A stretch of 47,135 nt of DNA from a virus (Duplodnaviria > Caudoviricetes): IMG/VR virus record IMGVR_UViG_3300024331_000046, positions 1 through 47,135 of that record. One strand, written 5' to 3'. A model generated the notes under the pieces. The model searched no databases. It was not told the DNA's origin and was given only the letters and a program-made list of their open reading frames with translations. The position numbers and the translations under genes were made by a program. Position 1 is the first letter of the stretch. Each line of letters begins with the position of its first letter. Positions 1-9,776 of the stretch are shown piece by piece.

Positions 1-39
1 CTAAAATTCTCACATCTCCAATTCAGCTTTTGAGGTTCT

Positions 40-414
40 ATGCCACGACCACGCACGCCCGAGGCGAAAGCCAGGGCGACTGGCGCGGCGCTCATTCACG
101 CCGGCCGCTACAAAGATCGCAAGGCTCCGAAAGCTTATCCGTTGGGTAAGGCTCCAGATTTCCTGACTGGGAATGCCTTGGTCGCATGGGAAGGATTTAA
201 GCGGGAGTTGCCTTGGCTGACAGAAGGGCATCGTGCCTTGGTTGAGGTGGCATCGAACCTTCGCGGCCGACTGATTGACGGGGGTGAGGTGGGGATCAGC
301 GCACTGAACCTCCTTCAAGTCTGCCTGTCGAAACTTGGTGCGACCCCAACCGACGAAACCAAATTGAGCTTACCGGATGATGGCGACCAAGCCGATTCCA
401 TGTTCGACGCCTGA
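40..414 (+). CDS. terS: terminase small subunit
   Basis: 124 aa, directly upstream of and overlapping terL; P27-like ending (LGATPTDETK). Confidence 0.75.
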   Translation: MPRPRTPEAKARATGAALIHAGRYKDRKAPKAYPLGKAPDFLTGNALVAWEGFKRELPWLTEGHRALVEVASNLRGRLIDGGEVGISALNLLQVCLSKLGATPTDETKLSLPDDGDQADSMFDA

Positions 415-2224
415 CCGGGCTGAAGAATATGCCCGGATGGTGGTTGCTGGCGATATTGTCGCTGGCCCGCACGTCCGTAACGCCTGCCGTCGACACCTGG
501 ATGATCTTGAGAAGGGCCATCTGCGCGGTCTAAGATTTGATGAAGGCGAAGCCGCTAAGGCTTACGAGTTTTTTGAGACCAAGCTTCACCTGAGCGAAGG
601 GCAGTTTGAGGGCAGGCCATTTCAGCTGGACCCAGCCCAGGCATTCATCGTCGGGTCTCTTTTCGGCTGGAAGCGTGAAGATGGATTTCGGCGCTTTCGC
701 CGGGCCTATGTCGAACAAGGGAAGGGAAACGGCAAGTCACCGCTGGCTGGCGGCATAGGGCTGAAAATGCTCGCCGCGGACAAGGAGCCGGGCGCTGAGA
801 TTTACGCGGCCGGCGCGACTAAAGACCAGGCTGCGATCCTCTTTCGCGATGCGGTAAAAATGCGGAACCAGTCGCCGGAGCTCAAAAGCCGGCTGCGAAC
901 CAGCGGAGGGCCTGGCCGCGAATATAATCTGGCGTTTCTCCAGACCGGCTCGTTTTTTCGCCCGATTAGTCGAGAAGCCAAAAAGACGGGCTCGGGACCG
1001 CGGCCTCACGGGGCCTTATGCGACGAGGTTCACGAGCATCCCGATCGCGGCGTGATGGAGATGCTGGAACGCGGCTTCAAGTTCCGCCGGCAACCCCTGC
1101 TTTTCATGATTACCAACAGCGGTTCGGATCGCAATTCGATTTGCTGGGAAGAGCATGAGCACGCGGTCAAGGTCGCGGCAGGGAATCTGAACGCCAAGGA
1201 AGGGGATGCTTTCTATCTAGGCGAGGTCGTTGACGACACGACCTTTTCCTATGTTTGTGCATTGGACCCAGGCGACGATCCGCTTGAGGATCAGTCATGT
1301 TGGGTCAAGGCCAATCCCCTTCTGGGGGTGACGATCACCGAGGAATATTTGGCTGGCGTCGTGGCCCAGGCCAAATCAATGCCCGGCAAGCTTAACGGGA
1401 TTCTTCGGCTCCATTTCTGCGTCTGGACCGACGCTGAGACCGCGTGGATGACGCGCGAAACGCTTGAGCCATGTATCGTCGATTTTGAGCCGCTGGACGA
1501 GCATACGAAGAAGAAAGTGTTTCTTGGCGCTGATCTTAGCCAAGTGAAAGATCTGACCGCTCTCGCATATTGCGTCCAGTCGGGAACGGTTGAGGACGGC
1601 CAGCACAAGGGCAAGCCGATTTACGATGCATGGGTCCAGGCGTGGACCCCGCGCGACACAATGGCCGAGCGGGCGAAAGTCGATAAGCTGCCTTACGGTG
1701 ACTGGGTTAAGCAGGGGTTTTTGAACGCGCCTAAGGGTCGGACGATCAGCTACCGGCATGTGGCTCAAGCGCTAGCCGAGGCGCAGCACGATTACGAAGT
1801 CGAGTGCCTGGCCTACGATAGATATGCGTTTGCGCGGATGCTTGAGCCGGAAATGAACGAGCTCGGCCTGGACATCGAATGCGTTGAGCACCCCCAAGGC
1901 GGAATCAAAAAGGGCAAGCCCACCGAGGCCATGAAAAGGGCGGCAAAGGACGCCGGCCGAGAAGCTGAGGGCCTGTGGATGCCGATGAGTGTCCGCCACG
2001 TCGAGCAGCTGATCCTCGAAGGCCGATTGCGGATACAGAAGAACCCGGTGACGATCTCGGCGATGATGTCAGCCGTCACCGACGAGGACCGCTGGGGCAA
2101 TTACTGGCTCGCCAAGGAGCGGGCGACGAACAAGATCGACGCAGCCATTGCCCTAGTCATGGCCGTTGGCGCGGCGGCAGCGTTCGAAGGTGCCCGCGCT
2201 TCCTATGAAATGCTAATCGTCTGA
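377..2224 (+). CDS. terL: terminase large subunit
   Basis: Walker A GKGNGKS, Walker B LCDEVHE, C-terminal nuclease motifs (GADLS, KIDAAIA). Confidence 0.95.
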   Translation: MMATKPIPCSTPDRAEEYARMVVAGDIVAGPHVRNACRRHLDDLEKGHLRGLRFDEGEAAKAYEFFETKLHLSEGQFEGRPFQLDPAQAFIVGSLFGWKREDGFRRFRRAYVEQGKGNGKSPLAGGIGLKMLAADKEPGAEIYAAGATKDQAAILFRDAVKMRNQSPELKSRLRTSGGPGREYNLAFLQTGSFFRPISREAKKTGSGPRPHGALCDEVHEHPDRGVMEMLERGFKFRRQPLLFMITNSGSDRNSICWEEHEHAVKVAAGNLNAKEGDAFYLGEVVDDTTFSYVCALDPGDDPLEDQSCWVKANPLLGVTITEEYLAGVVAQAKSMPGKLNGILRLHFCVWTDAETAWMTRETLEPCIVDFEPLDEHTKKKVFLGADLSQVKDLTALAYCVQSGTVEDGQHKGKPIYDAWVQAWTPRDTMAERAKVDKLPYGDWVKQGFLNAPKGRTISYRHVAQALAEAQHDYEVECLAYDRYAFARMLEPEMNELGLDIECVEHPQGGIKKGKPTEAMKRAAKDAGREAEGLWMPMSVRHVEQLILEGRLRIQKNPVTISAMMSAVTDEDRWGNYWLAKERATNKIDAAIALVMAVGAAAAFEGARASYEMLIV

Positions 2225-2235
2225 GGAGGCGAACG

Positions 2236-2895
2236 ATGAACAATCGCGCCTATTCCGTTCTCTCGGTCAAATCGATCGACGAGGACAAGCGCATCATTCG
2301 CGGCGTCGCCACCACTCCGGCCGTGGATCGGGTCGGCGACATCATCGATCCGATGGGCGTCAAATTCGAGAACCCTCTTCCCCTCCTATGGCAGCACGAG
2401 CATGACAAGCCCATCGGCTCGGTCAAGTTCAGCAAGCCGACCAAGGACGGGATTGAGTTCGAAGCCGAGATCGCCGACACGAACGAGCCGGGGACGCTCA
2501 AGGACCGGCTCGACGAAGCTTGGCAGTCGATCAAGATTGGCCTGGTCCGCGCGGTCAGCATTGGCTTCCGCGCGATTGAGTGGGCCTTCATGGAGGGCAC
2601 CGGAGGAATCCGGTTTACCGAGACCGAGGTCTATGAGCTTTCGGCGGTCACGATCCCAGCCAACGCCGAAGCCCTGATCACAGAAATTAAGAAATTTGGC
2701 GGCGATGAAGCCGTCATGCGTGCCATCAAGGCAGTGGACCGAGAAGTCCGCCATGAGCACGGCATCCCCGATCCAGAAATTCCAGCAGCCCCGGAACCTG
2801 CCGCGACCGGCAAATCAGTCCGCGTGGTGAAGCTGGACACTCCCGCCCGCGACCGGGCTTTCGTCATTCGCAGGATTCATCCCGCGAACAAGTAG
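2236..2895 (+). CDS. HK97-family prohead protease
   Basis: DRVGDII, LLWQHEH, VSIGF and YELSAVTIPAN motifs; RBS GAGGAGG. Confidence 0.92.
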   Translation: MNNRAYSVLSVKSIDEDKRIIRGVATTPAVDRVGDIIDPMGVKFENPLPLLWQHEHDKPIGSVKFSKPTKDGIEFEAEIADTNEPGTLKDRLDEAWQSIKIGLVRAVSIGFRAIEWAFMEGTGGIRFTETEVYELSAVTIPANAEALITEIKKFGGDEAVMRAIKAVDREVRHEHGIPDPEIPAAPEPAATGKSVRVVKLDTPARDRAFVIRRIHPANK

Positions 2896-2965
2896 CCCAA
2901 CAGCGGAGGCCACGCCGTGAGGCGTCGCGTCCCAGTGCCCCTTCGGGGGCCAGAAGGAACCCACA

Positions 2966-4396
2966 ATGAGCAATTATGCAGAGCAGATCGCTGCTTTCAC
3001 TGAGCAGCGGGCGGCGAAGGCGGCTGCCCAGAAGACCATCATGGACGAATCCGCGGACAAGGGCGAAACGCTCGACGCCGATCAGCAGGAGGAGTTCGAT
3101 AACCTTCAGACCGAGATTGAGGCGATCGACGGCCACCTGAAGCGTCTCAACCTGGTCGAGAAGGCGGCCGGCGAGAAGGCCGTTCCGGTTCAGGGCGGCA
3201 GCTCGAAAGAGGGCTCCGAGAACCGCGAAGGCAAGATCGTCGTGAAGACGCAGCCCAAGCTGGAGCCGGGCATCGAGTTGTCCCGTCTCGTCAAGGCGCT
3301 CGGCCAGGCCAACGGGGATATGGGCCGCGCGGTGCGCATCGCCGAATCCCGTTACGGCGAGGACAGCAACGCTGTCGGTTCTCTCAAGCGCATGTACGAG
3401 CGCGGCCAGAACCGCCTGGAGTGGGAAGGCCGCGAGAAGGGCAATGTCGTTGCCGGTTCAACCATCGCCGGCACATGGGCGGCCGACCTGGTGCTCGATG
3501 AGGGCGGCGCGTTTGCCGACTTCGCAGAGTATCTTCGCCCTGCCACGATCGTCGGGCGGATTCCGGGTCTTCGCCAGATTCCGTTCCGGACTGCACTGGG
3601 CATTTCGACCAGCGGCGGCGCCGGTTACTGGGTCGGTGAAGGTCTTGCGAAGCCACTGACCTCGTTCAACTTCGATAAGACGTTCCTTGAACCTCTGAAG
3701 TGCGCCAACATCGCGGTCCTGACCGAAGAGTTGCTGATGAGCAACGCAACGTCGGCCGAGACGCTGGTTCGCGACGAGCTCCGGAATGCTCTCGTTGAAC
3801 TGATCGACGTGGCGTTCATCGATCCGACCAACGGCGGTTCGGCTAATGTGAAGCCAGCCTCGGTTGCCAACGGTGCGATCTCGATCGCTGCCAGCGGGAC
3901 GGGCGATGCGGACGACATCCGTTTGGACATCCGGAATCTTCTCCAGGTGTTCGTCAACAACAACATGGAAGGCACGGCCCCGGTCCTGATCATGCGGACT
4001 GGCACGGCTCTGGGCGCGTCGTTCACGATCAACGCTCTCGGCCAGCCGGAATTTCCGAACGTCAACATGAACGGAGGTTCGATCCAGGGCATCAACGTGA
4101 TCACGTCGCAGAACGTGCCGTCGGGTGTCGTGGTGGCTCTCCAGCCCAGCGAAATCTACTTTGCTGACGAGGGCGGGTTCATGATCGACGTGAGCCGCGA
4201 GGCTTCGTTGCTGATGACCACGGATGCCAACTCCAACCACAACTCGGTCACGCCGACGACTTCGCAGGTGGTGTCGATGTTCCAGACCAACAGCGTTGCG
4301 TTCCGCTGCGAGCGCATCCTGAACTGGGCGCGTCGTCGGTCGAATGCGGCGGTCTATTTGACCGGTGCTGCGTGGGGTGGAGCGACCAACACCTAA
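2966..4396 (+). CDS. HK97-fold major capsid protein with N-terminal scaffold (delta) domain
   Basis: 476 aa; coiled-coil N-terminus, WVGEG..KP motif, SMFQTNSVAFRCER ending. Confidence 0.92.
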   Translation: MSNYAEQIAAFTEQRAAKAAAQKTIMDESADKGETLDADQQEEFDNLQTEIEAIDGHLKRLNLVEKAAGEKAVPVQGGSSKEGSENREGKIVVKTQPKLEPGIELSRLVKALGQANGDMGRAVRIAESRYGEDSNAVGSLKRMYERGQNRLEWEGREKGNVVAGSTIAGTWAADLVLDEGGAFADFAEYLRPATIVGRIPGLRQIPFRTALGISTSGGAGYWVGEGLAKPLTSFNFDKTFLEPLKCANIAVLTEELLMSNATSAETLVRDELRNALVELIDVAFIDPTNGGSANVKPASVANGAISIAASGTGDADDIRLDIRNLLQVFVNNNMEGTAPVLIMRTGTALGASFTINALGQPEFPNVNMNGGSIQGINVITSQNVPSGVVVALQPSEIYFADEGGFMIDVSREASLLMTTDANSNHNSVTPTTSQVVSMFQTNSVAFRCERILNWARRRSNAAVYLTGAAWGGATNT

Positions 4397-4403
4397 GACG
4401 ACT

Positions 4404-4441
4404 TGGGGCCGACCGTTCCTTCCCTCGGCCGGCCCCATTTT
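4404..4441 (+). terminator. probable intrinsic terminator after the capsid gene
   Basis: TGGGGCCG...CGGCCCCA stem followed by TTTT. Confidence 0.55.
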
Positions 4442-4455
4442 CCAAGGAGTGAGGC

Positions 4456-4683
4456 ATGGCGACGAAGACTTTCTACGCCACCGGCGACATGAGAGACCCA
4501 ACCTATCGGACAAGAATGCTGAAGGCTGGCGATCCCGTGCAGCTGGACGGCCCGACTGCGCGCATCTTTAATGCGCTGGGCAAGATCACCGACCGGAAGC
4601 CGCGCGTGCCCAAGAACACGATCGACGAAGAGGTTGTGCCTGCCCCGATCAAAGCCCCCCGCAAGCGCCGCGCAAGGAAGTGA
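4456..4683 (+). CDS. small hypothetical protein following the capsid gene
   Basis: RBS AAGGAG; basic C-terminus; GTGA overlap with next gene. Confidence 0.6.
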   Translation: MATKTFYATGDMRDPTYRTRMLKAGDPVQLDGPTARIFNALGKITDRKPRVPKNTIDEEVVPAPIKAPRKRRARK

Positions 4684-5261
4684 CCGGCAGCCTCGCCTTT
4701 CGGAAGAACGAATCTTCCATCAGGTCAGGCGCTGTCCCAGACAAGTTTTTGCGGCTCCTGCCGTACATTCCCCGGGGGCGCATCCTGGAGGTGGGATCGG
4801 CTGAAGGCGTTCTAGCTTTGTTGCTTGCCAAGCGAGGCGACCAGGTGACGGCCCTTGAGAAATCCGCCGAGCGGCATGACGTTGCCCAGCAGCTTTATTC
4901 AGAGTGGCTGGCACGCGAAGAGGGTTTCACCCCTCCGCAATTCGTGAACGGCAGCATCCAAGATAATCTGGGCCTTCTGGACAACAAGGACACGTTCGTC
5001 GCGATCCGGGCGATTTATTATTTCGGGGTCTATCTGGATTCGGTGTTCGCCGAGGTAGCCCGGAAAGTCCAGAACGTCGTGCTGTGCGGCAACCGGAACC
5101 GGGCCGAAAGATGGAGGCAGGGCAATCCCGATCCTCCGTTAGGAGATATGAACCGCTACGCCACGCGGGAGGGCATGGTCTCGCTGCTTGAGAAGCATGG
5201 CTTCCGCATCGTCTCCGAAGTGAGGGAAGGCGACGAGATTGTTGTGGGTCGCCGCGACTGA
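4680..5261 (+). CDS. class I SAM-dependent methyltransferase
   Basis: Motif I ILEVGSAEG, followed by VTALE. Confidence 0.8.
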   Translation: MTGSLAFRKNESSIRSGAVPDKFLRLLPYIPRGRILEVGSAEGVLALLLAKRGDQVTALEKSAERHDVAQQLYSEWLAREEGFTPPQFVNGSIQDNLGLLDNKDTFVAIRAIYYFGVYLDSVFAEVARKVQNVVLCGNRNRAERWRQGNPDPPLGDMNRYATREGMVSLLEKHGFRIVSEVREGDEIVVGRRD

Positions 5262-5697
5262 CATTCGTTTCAAGATCAGCCCGCACGACGACCTGAGAGG
5301 CGATTGCGACGGCGACTGGGATTTGGAGCGCCGGTTTCCTCTTGCGGACGCCGTAAAGCATCGCTCGATTGTCCAGCGCTATTCCGAAGGCAGGGACTGG
5401 GAAGAAACCGACCTCTTTCGTGAGGTTTACAGCCAGCGCATCTTAACCGAGCCGATCCGCGGCGAAGCGACGATGAAGGGACTGATCGACCAATATTGCG
5501 GCCGGGTCGACGGCATGTTCGCCGATCTCAAGCGCAACGGGTTCAGGGCCAACCAGCCGTTGCCGAAATTCCTGGTGGGCAGGGATCAGGTCTTCATCGG
5601 GAACCAGGGGAACCACCGCCTAGCGATGGCGCAGATTCTCGGGATCGAAATAGCAGGGGAAGTGATTTGCAGGCATCGGTGCTCGATCGCAGCGTGA
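5239..5697 (+). CDS. ParB/sulfiredoxin-like domain protein
   Basis: QGNHRLAMAQILG resembles the ParB-N GxHR motif; start uncertain. Confidence 0.55.
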   Translation: MLWVAATDIRFKISPHDDLRGDCDGDWDLERRFPLADAVKHRSIVQRYSEGRDWEETDLFREVYSQRILTEPIRGEATMKGLIDQYCGRVDGMFADLKRNGFRANQPLPKFLVGRDQVFIGNQGNHRLAMAQILGIEIAGEVICRHRCSIAA

Positions 5698-6596
5698 CGG
5701 GTGTTCCGCCTATTCCAGCGATGACAACCGATGCCGAGCGGGAATGCTATTATTGGCTGGCAAAAGAAGCCAAAGGCGCCGTAATCGAGTTCGGGGCGTG
5801 GCTCGGAGCATCGACCGCCTATCTGGCAGCCGCGATGCGCGATTCCGGCGGGGGCAAGGTTCACACGTTCGACAAGTTCCTTTCCAAGAAGGGGCACATC
5901 TATAAGGTCGAGGAGCATTACCAGAAGCGGGGGATGGACCTTTCGGAAGCTCCGATCGGCGATGCCTTCGAAGCGTTCAGGAATTACCTCGGGCCGCTGA
6001 TGGAGTTCGTCGAGCCGCACAAGGGCGAGATCGCGAACGCTAAATGGGACGGCAGCCCGATTGCATTGATCGTGAACGATGCGCCAAAGCGCATTCCGGC
6101 CATTTCGGGGATGCTGACCAATTTTCGCAGCGGCATTCGCGAAGGTACGGTGATGGCGTGGCAGGATTTCTGCCACTTCCCGTCATACGAAATCCCGGCG
6201 TGCCTTTATCGGTTGCGCGACCATTTCGAGTTCGTCGAGGCAGTGTATCCGGGTTCAACGATGGTCTTCAGGGTGACCTATGTCTGGAAGGCGCATGAAG
6301 CAGCGCAATCCAATCTCGACTTGGGGACATGGACTCCGGAAGAGATCGCCCAGGCTTGGGATTACTGGCTGGGATCGGTTCATCCGGCGAAACGCCAAGT
6401 CTTCCGCTGCGGCCAAGCGATGTTCCTGTGCGACATCGGATATCCGACAGAGGCCATCGAAATTCTGAAAACTGTCATCGCGACCAACGACAAGGCGGCG
6501 ATCAAGAAGTGGCGGTATCTTCGCGAGCGTCGGGGGGATTTCGTGGTGCGCTACGCTCCCTTGTTCCAGTATCTCGCGAGTGAAGACGTTTGCTGA
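5694..6596 (+). CDS. class I SAM-dependent methyltransferase (Methyltransf_24-like)
   Basis: VIEFGAWLGAST, HTFD and LIVNDA motifs; GTG start overlapping the upstream stop chosen instead of 5496. Confidence 0.72.
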   Translation: MTGVPPIPAMTTDAERECYYWLAKEAKGAVIEFGAWLGASTAYLAAAMRDSGGGKVHTFDKFLSKKGHIYKVEEHYQKRGMDLSEAPIGDAFEAFRNYLGPLMEFVEPHKGEIANAKWDGSPIALIVNDAPKRIPAISGMLTNFRSGIREGTVMAWQDFCHFPSYEIPACLYRLRDHFEFVEAVYPGSTMVFRVTYVWKAHEAAQSNLDLGTWTPEEIAQAWDYWLGSVHPAKRQVFRCGQAMFLCDIGYPTEAIEILKTVIATNDKAAIKKWRYLRERRGDFVVRYAPLFQYLASEDVC

Positions 6597-7297
6597 CGGT
6601 CCTGACGTGGCTGTGGTCACAGCCAGGCGGAAGAACGAAATTCACCGCGCAGCACGTCAACATCTGGGCGAGCATGATCCGCAAGCATCTCAAGATGCCG
6701 CACCGGATAGCCTGCGTCACCGACACGCCGAGAGGCATCGACAAGAGCATCGCGATCATCAAGCCGCCGGGCGGGTTCGAGGACATCACCCCGAAATGGG
6801 GACCGTCCAAGCCTAATTGCTACCGGCGCCTGTCGATGTTCCGCAGAGACGCGGCCGAGATATTCGGCGAGCGGTTCGTGTGCATGGACTTGGATTGCGT
6901 GATCGGTGGCCAGTTGGACCCGTTGTTCGACCGTCCGGATGACCTGGTGCTGTTCAAGGGCACCGCCCAAGGCCGACCGTACAACGGTTCGATGATGCTC
7001 ATTCGGGCCGGTTGCCGGCCGCAGGCTTACGAGAAGTTCGACCAAAGAGGCGCCAATATCTCGGGCGATATTTTCGTGGGGTCTGACCAGGCATGGCTGG
7101 CCTTCGTTCTCGGGCGAAAAGAGAAGGTCTGGGACGAGCGCGATGGCGTCTATTGGTACGGCGGCGTCCACTACAAGGTCCGTGACAATTCGACACCGCC
7201 ACGGCTCCTGTTCTTTCCGGGAAAGCTGAAGCCGTGGGACTTGGCCAAGATCAGGCTCGATCCATTCGTGACCGCTAATTACAGGGAGGCCGCTTAG
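6590..7297 (+). CDS. GT-A fold glycosyltransferase
   Basis: DxD motif (CMDLDCVI), YNGSMM, SDQAWL and FFPGKLKPW motifs. Confidence 0.75.
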   Translation: MLTVLTWLWSQPGGRTKFTAQHVNIWASMIRKHLKMPHRIACVTDTPRGIDKSIAIIKPPGGFEDITPKWGPSKPNCYRRLSMFRRDAAEIFGERFVCMDLDCVIGGQLDPLFDRPDDLVLFKGTAQGRPYNGSMMLIRAGCRPQAYEKFDQRGANISGDIFVGSDQAWLAFVLGRKEKVWDERDGVYWYGGVHYKVRDNSTPPRLLFFPGKLKPWDLAKIRLDPFVTANYREAA

Positions 7298-8637
7298 TGG
7301 AAATTCTCGGCCTTTCGATCACGCGGGCGCAAAAGACGCTCTCGCCACCTGATGGGCGGGGCGGATGGTGGCCCATCATTCGCGAGCCCTTTGCTGGCGC
7401 ATGGCAGCGCAATGAAGAACTCAACGTCGATTCTCAGTTGGCGTTCTTCGCGGTTTTCGCGTGTCGCACGCTCATCAGCAGCGACGTTTCGAAGAACCGG
7501 ATCAGGCTGGTCGCACAAAACGGATCGATCTGGCAGGAAACGACCAACCCGGCATTCTCTCCGGTACTCCGCAAGCCCAACGAGTTTCAGAACCGCATCC
7601 AGTTTTTCGAGAATTGGGTCGGGTCAAAGCTGGACCGCGGCAACGCATACATCCTGAAGCGGCGAGATGGGCGCGGTGTCGTGGTAGCGTTGTACGTTCT
7701 CAATCCTGACCGCGTGCAGCCGCTCGTTTCTGATGATGGTCAGGTCTTCTATCGCCTCTCCAAGGATAACCTCTCCGGCCAGGAAGAGGACAGCGTAGTC
7801 GTTCCGGCCCGCGAAATCATTCACGACCGCTTCAACTGCTTGTTTCATCCTCTAGTGGGTATCTCGCCGCTCTATGCCGCCGCCTTGGGAGCGACGCAGG
7901 GAACCAGCATCCAAAGGTCAATGGCGCGGCTGGCTGCGAATGGTGTCCGTCCCGGCGGCATCCTGACCGCTCCAGGCAAGATCGATGCGGAGAACGCCAA
8001 GCGGCTGAAAGAGACTTGGGAGACGCAATACGCCGGGTCACAGGGCGCGGGGAAGATCGCGATCCTTGGTGACGGGCTCAAGTTTGAATCGCTGACGATG
8101 AAGGCGGAAGACGCCCAGCTGATCGAGCAGCTGAAGTTCACGGCCGAGATGATCTGCTCGGTCTACCACGTCCCGCCGTACAAGATCGGGGTCGGCCCGC
8201 TGCCGAGCTACAACAACGTCCAAGCGCTCAACGTCGAGTATTTCAGCCAGTGCCTCCAGAAGCACATTGAGGACATCGAGCTCTGCCTGGATGAGGGCCT
8301 GGGGATCGGCGAGGGTGTCGTCACCAACGGGCAGACCTACGGCACTGAGTTCGATGTCGACAACCTGCTCCGGATGGACAGTATCACCCAGATGGATGTG
8401 CTGGAAAAGTCCAAGGGCAAGCTGACCGTCAACGAGCAGCGCGCGAAGCTTAGTGTGCCACCGACCACAGGCGGCGATACGGTCTATCTCCAGGAACAGG
8501 ATCATAGCCTCGAATGGCTGTCTCGGCGCGATGCCGAGCCGATTGCGGCCCCCGCGCCTCCGCCTGATCCGACAGCGAACGACAAGGCGATGGCCGCGAT
8601 GATCGAGAAGCAGTGGGAGGCGAGCCTTGCAGCCTGA
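7297..8637 (+). CDS. HK97-family portal protein
   Basis: AVFAC..LIS, GNAY, LVGISPL, ICSVYHVPPYKIG and TVNEQRA motifs. Confidence 0.93.
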   Translation: MEILGLSITRAQKTLSPPDGRGGWWPIIREPFAGAWQRNEELNVDSQLAFFAVFACRTLISSDVSKNRIRLVAQNGSIWQETTNPAFSPVLRKPNEFQNRIQFFENWVGSKLDRGNAYILKRRDGRGVVVALYVLNPDRVQPLVSDDGQVFYRLSKDNLSGQEEDSVVVPAREIIHDRFNCLFHPLVGISPLYAAALGATQGTSIQRSMARLAANGVRPGGILTAPGKIDAENAKRLKETWETQYAGSQGAGKIAILGDGLKFESLTMKAEDAQLIEQLKFTAEMICSVYHVPPYKIGVGPLPSYNNVQALNVEYFSQCLQKHIEDIELCLDEGLGIGEGVVTNGQTYGTEFDVDNLLRMDSITQMDVLEKSKGKLTVNEQRAKLSVPPTTGGDTVYLQEQDHSLEWLSRRDAEPIAAPAPPPDPTANDKAMAAMIEKQWEASLAA

Positions 8638-9211
8638 CTTTGAGAAGACCGCTGCCGCGATGATCGCAGGGGCACAGAAGGCTATCACTATGGCCTTGGC
8701 GCCTGTTCTGGAGCGCATCGAAACGCTGGAAAATCGCACTCCTGAAAAAGGGGATCGCGGCGAAAAGGGCGATCCTGGCGAAAGCATCAAGGGGGACACG
8801 GGGGTCGGTGTTGCCGGTGCCCTGATCGATCGGTCTGGAGTGCTTGTCCTGACGCTTTCGGACGGGACCACGCGCGATCTGGGTGTCGTCGTCGGGAAAG
8901 ATGGGGTTGATGGCAAGGATGGCGTTGACGGTCTTCCGGGCGAGCCGGGGAAAGACGCGATTGTCGCCGAGGAATCCAGCCTGACCGATGAAGAGACTGC
9001 CGACTTGGTTGCTGCGGCGCTTCGCAAGGAACTGGGTGAATTGGATCTGATCGTTCTTCCCGAGTTGGTCCAGACGCCAGCGAAAGCGACGGTTCCTCCG
9101 GTCCATGTGACGGTCGAAAACCACCTTCCCAAGCGGGGGATCGAGAAGACCGTCGTGACCAAGCACGACGAGCGCGGCCGCGTGCTGGAATTTGAGCGTC
9201 GCGAGATATGA
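8627..9211 (+). CDS. collagen-repeat head-associated protein
   Basis: G-X-Y repeats (GDRGEKGDPGE, GKDGVDGKDGVDG). Confidence 0.65.
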   Translation: MQPDFEKTAAAMIAGAQKAITMALAPVLERIETLENRTPEKGDRGEKGDPGESIKGDTGVGVAGALIDRSGVLVLTLSDGTTRDLGVVVGKDGVDGKDGVDGLPGEPGKDAIVAEESSLTDEETADLVAAALRKELGELDLIVLPELVQTPAKATVPPVHVTVENHLPKRGIEKTVVTKHDERGRVLEFERREI

Positions 9212-9570
9212 ACTACGCCCCCGATGTGAAGGACCGCCGCCTTCAGGTGGTGGTTGACGCCATTGGTGCAGACGGCCTGCTTAAGATCGGCACTGCCGAA
9301 ATGGACACGCTGCTGAGCGTGGTCCGGCTTAGCACGCCAGCATTCAAGGTCGGCGGCGGGGAGATGAACCTCGTCGGCCAAGCCAATATCGATCCCAGGG
9401 CCAGAGCATCGGGCAAGGCGAGAGCAGCGCAGATCACGACCGCTTCTGGAAAGGTCGTGGTCGATGGTTTGTCGGTTGGCGCGACCGACGCCGAGATCAT
9501 CCTGACCTCCGATGAAATCCGTGAGGGCCAGGAAGTCAGCATCGCATCCGGAACAATAGTCCACGCCTAG
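9208..9570 (+). CDS. hypothetical virion protein
   Basis: Coupled ORF in the structural operon; beta-rich composition. Confidence 0.55.
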   Translation: MNYAPDVKDRRLQVVVDAIGADGLLKIGTAEMDTLLSVVRLSTPAFKVGGGEMNLVGQANIDPRARASGKARAAQITTASGKVVVDGLSVGATDAEIILTSDEIREGQEVSIASGTIVHA

Positions 9571-9582
9571 AAGGAACAGAAT

Positions 9583-9774
9583 GTGAGCAAGGTCCACACG
9601 ACCAAGGGTCTGATCGATCGCGAAAAGCTCGTGGTCAAAGACATCGTAACCGACGAGCCGAACGCGCGCGTCGTCGCGACCGAATGGCACCTCGACGGTG
9701 AACTCGTGCGCCGCGATGTCGCGGTATCCATCCTAAGCGGGCACGCGCTCGCTGGCGAGCAGGCGGAGCTTTAA
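9583..9774 (+). CDS. hypothetical protein
   Basis: RBS AAGGA; compact ORF in operon. Confidence 0.5.
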   Translation: MSKVHTTKGLIDREKLVVKDIVTDEPNARVVATEWHLDGELVRRDVAVSILSGHALAGEQAEL

Positions 9775-9776
9775 CA

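Noticed and set aside
8038-9690. Long antisense ORFs (also 3458-4513, 21341-22216, 27153-28022, 42593-43726)
   Set aside because: Shadow frames of well-supported genes in GC-rich DNA, with no recognisable motifs.
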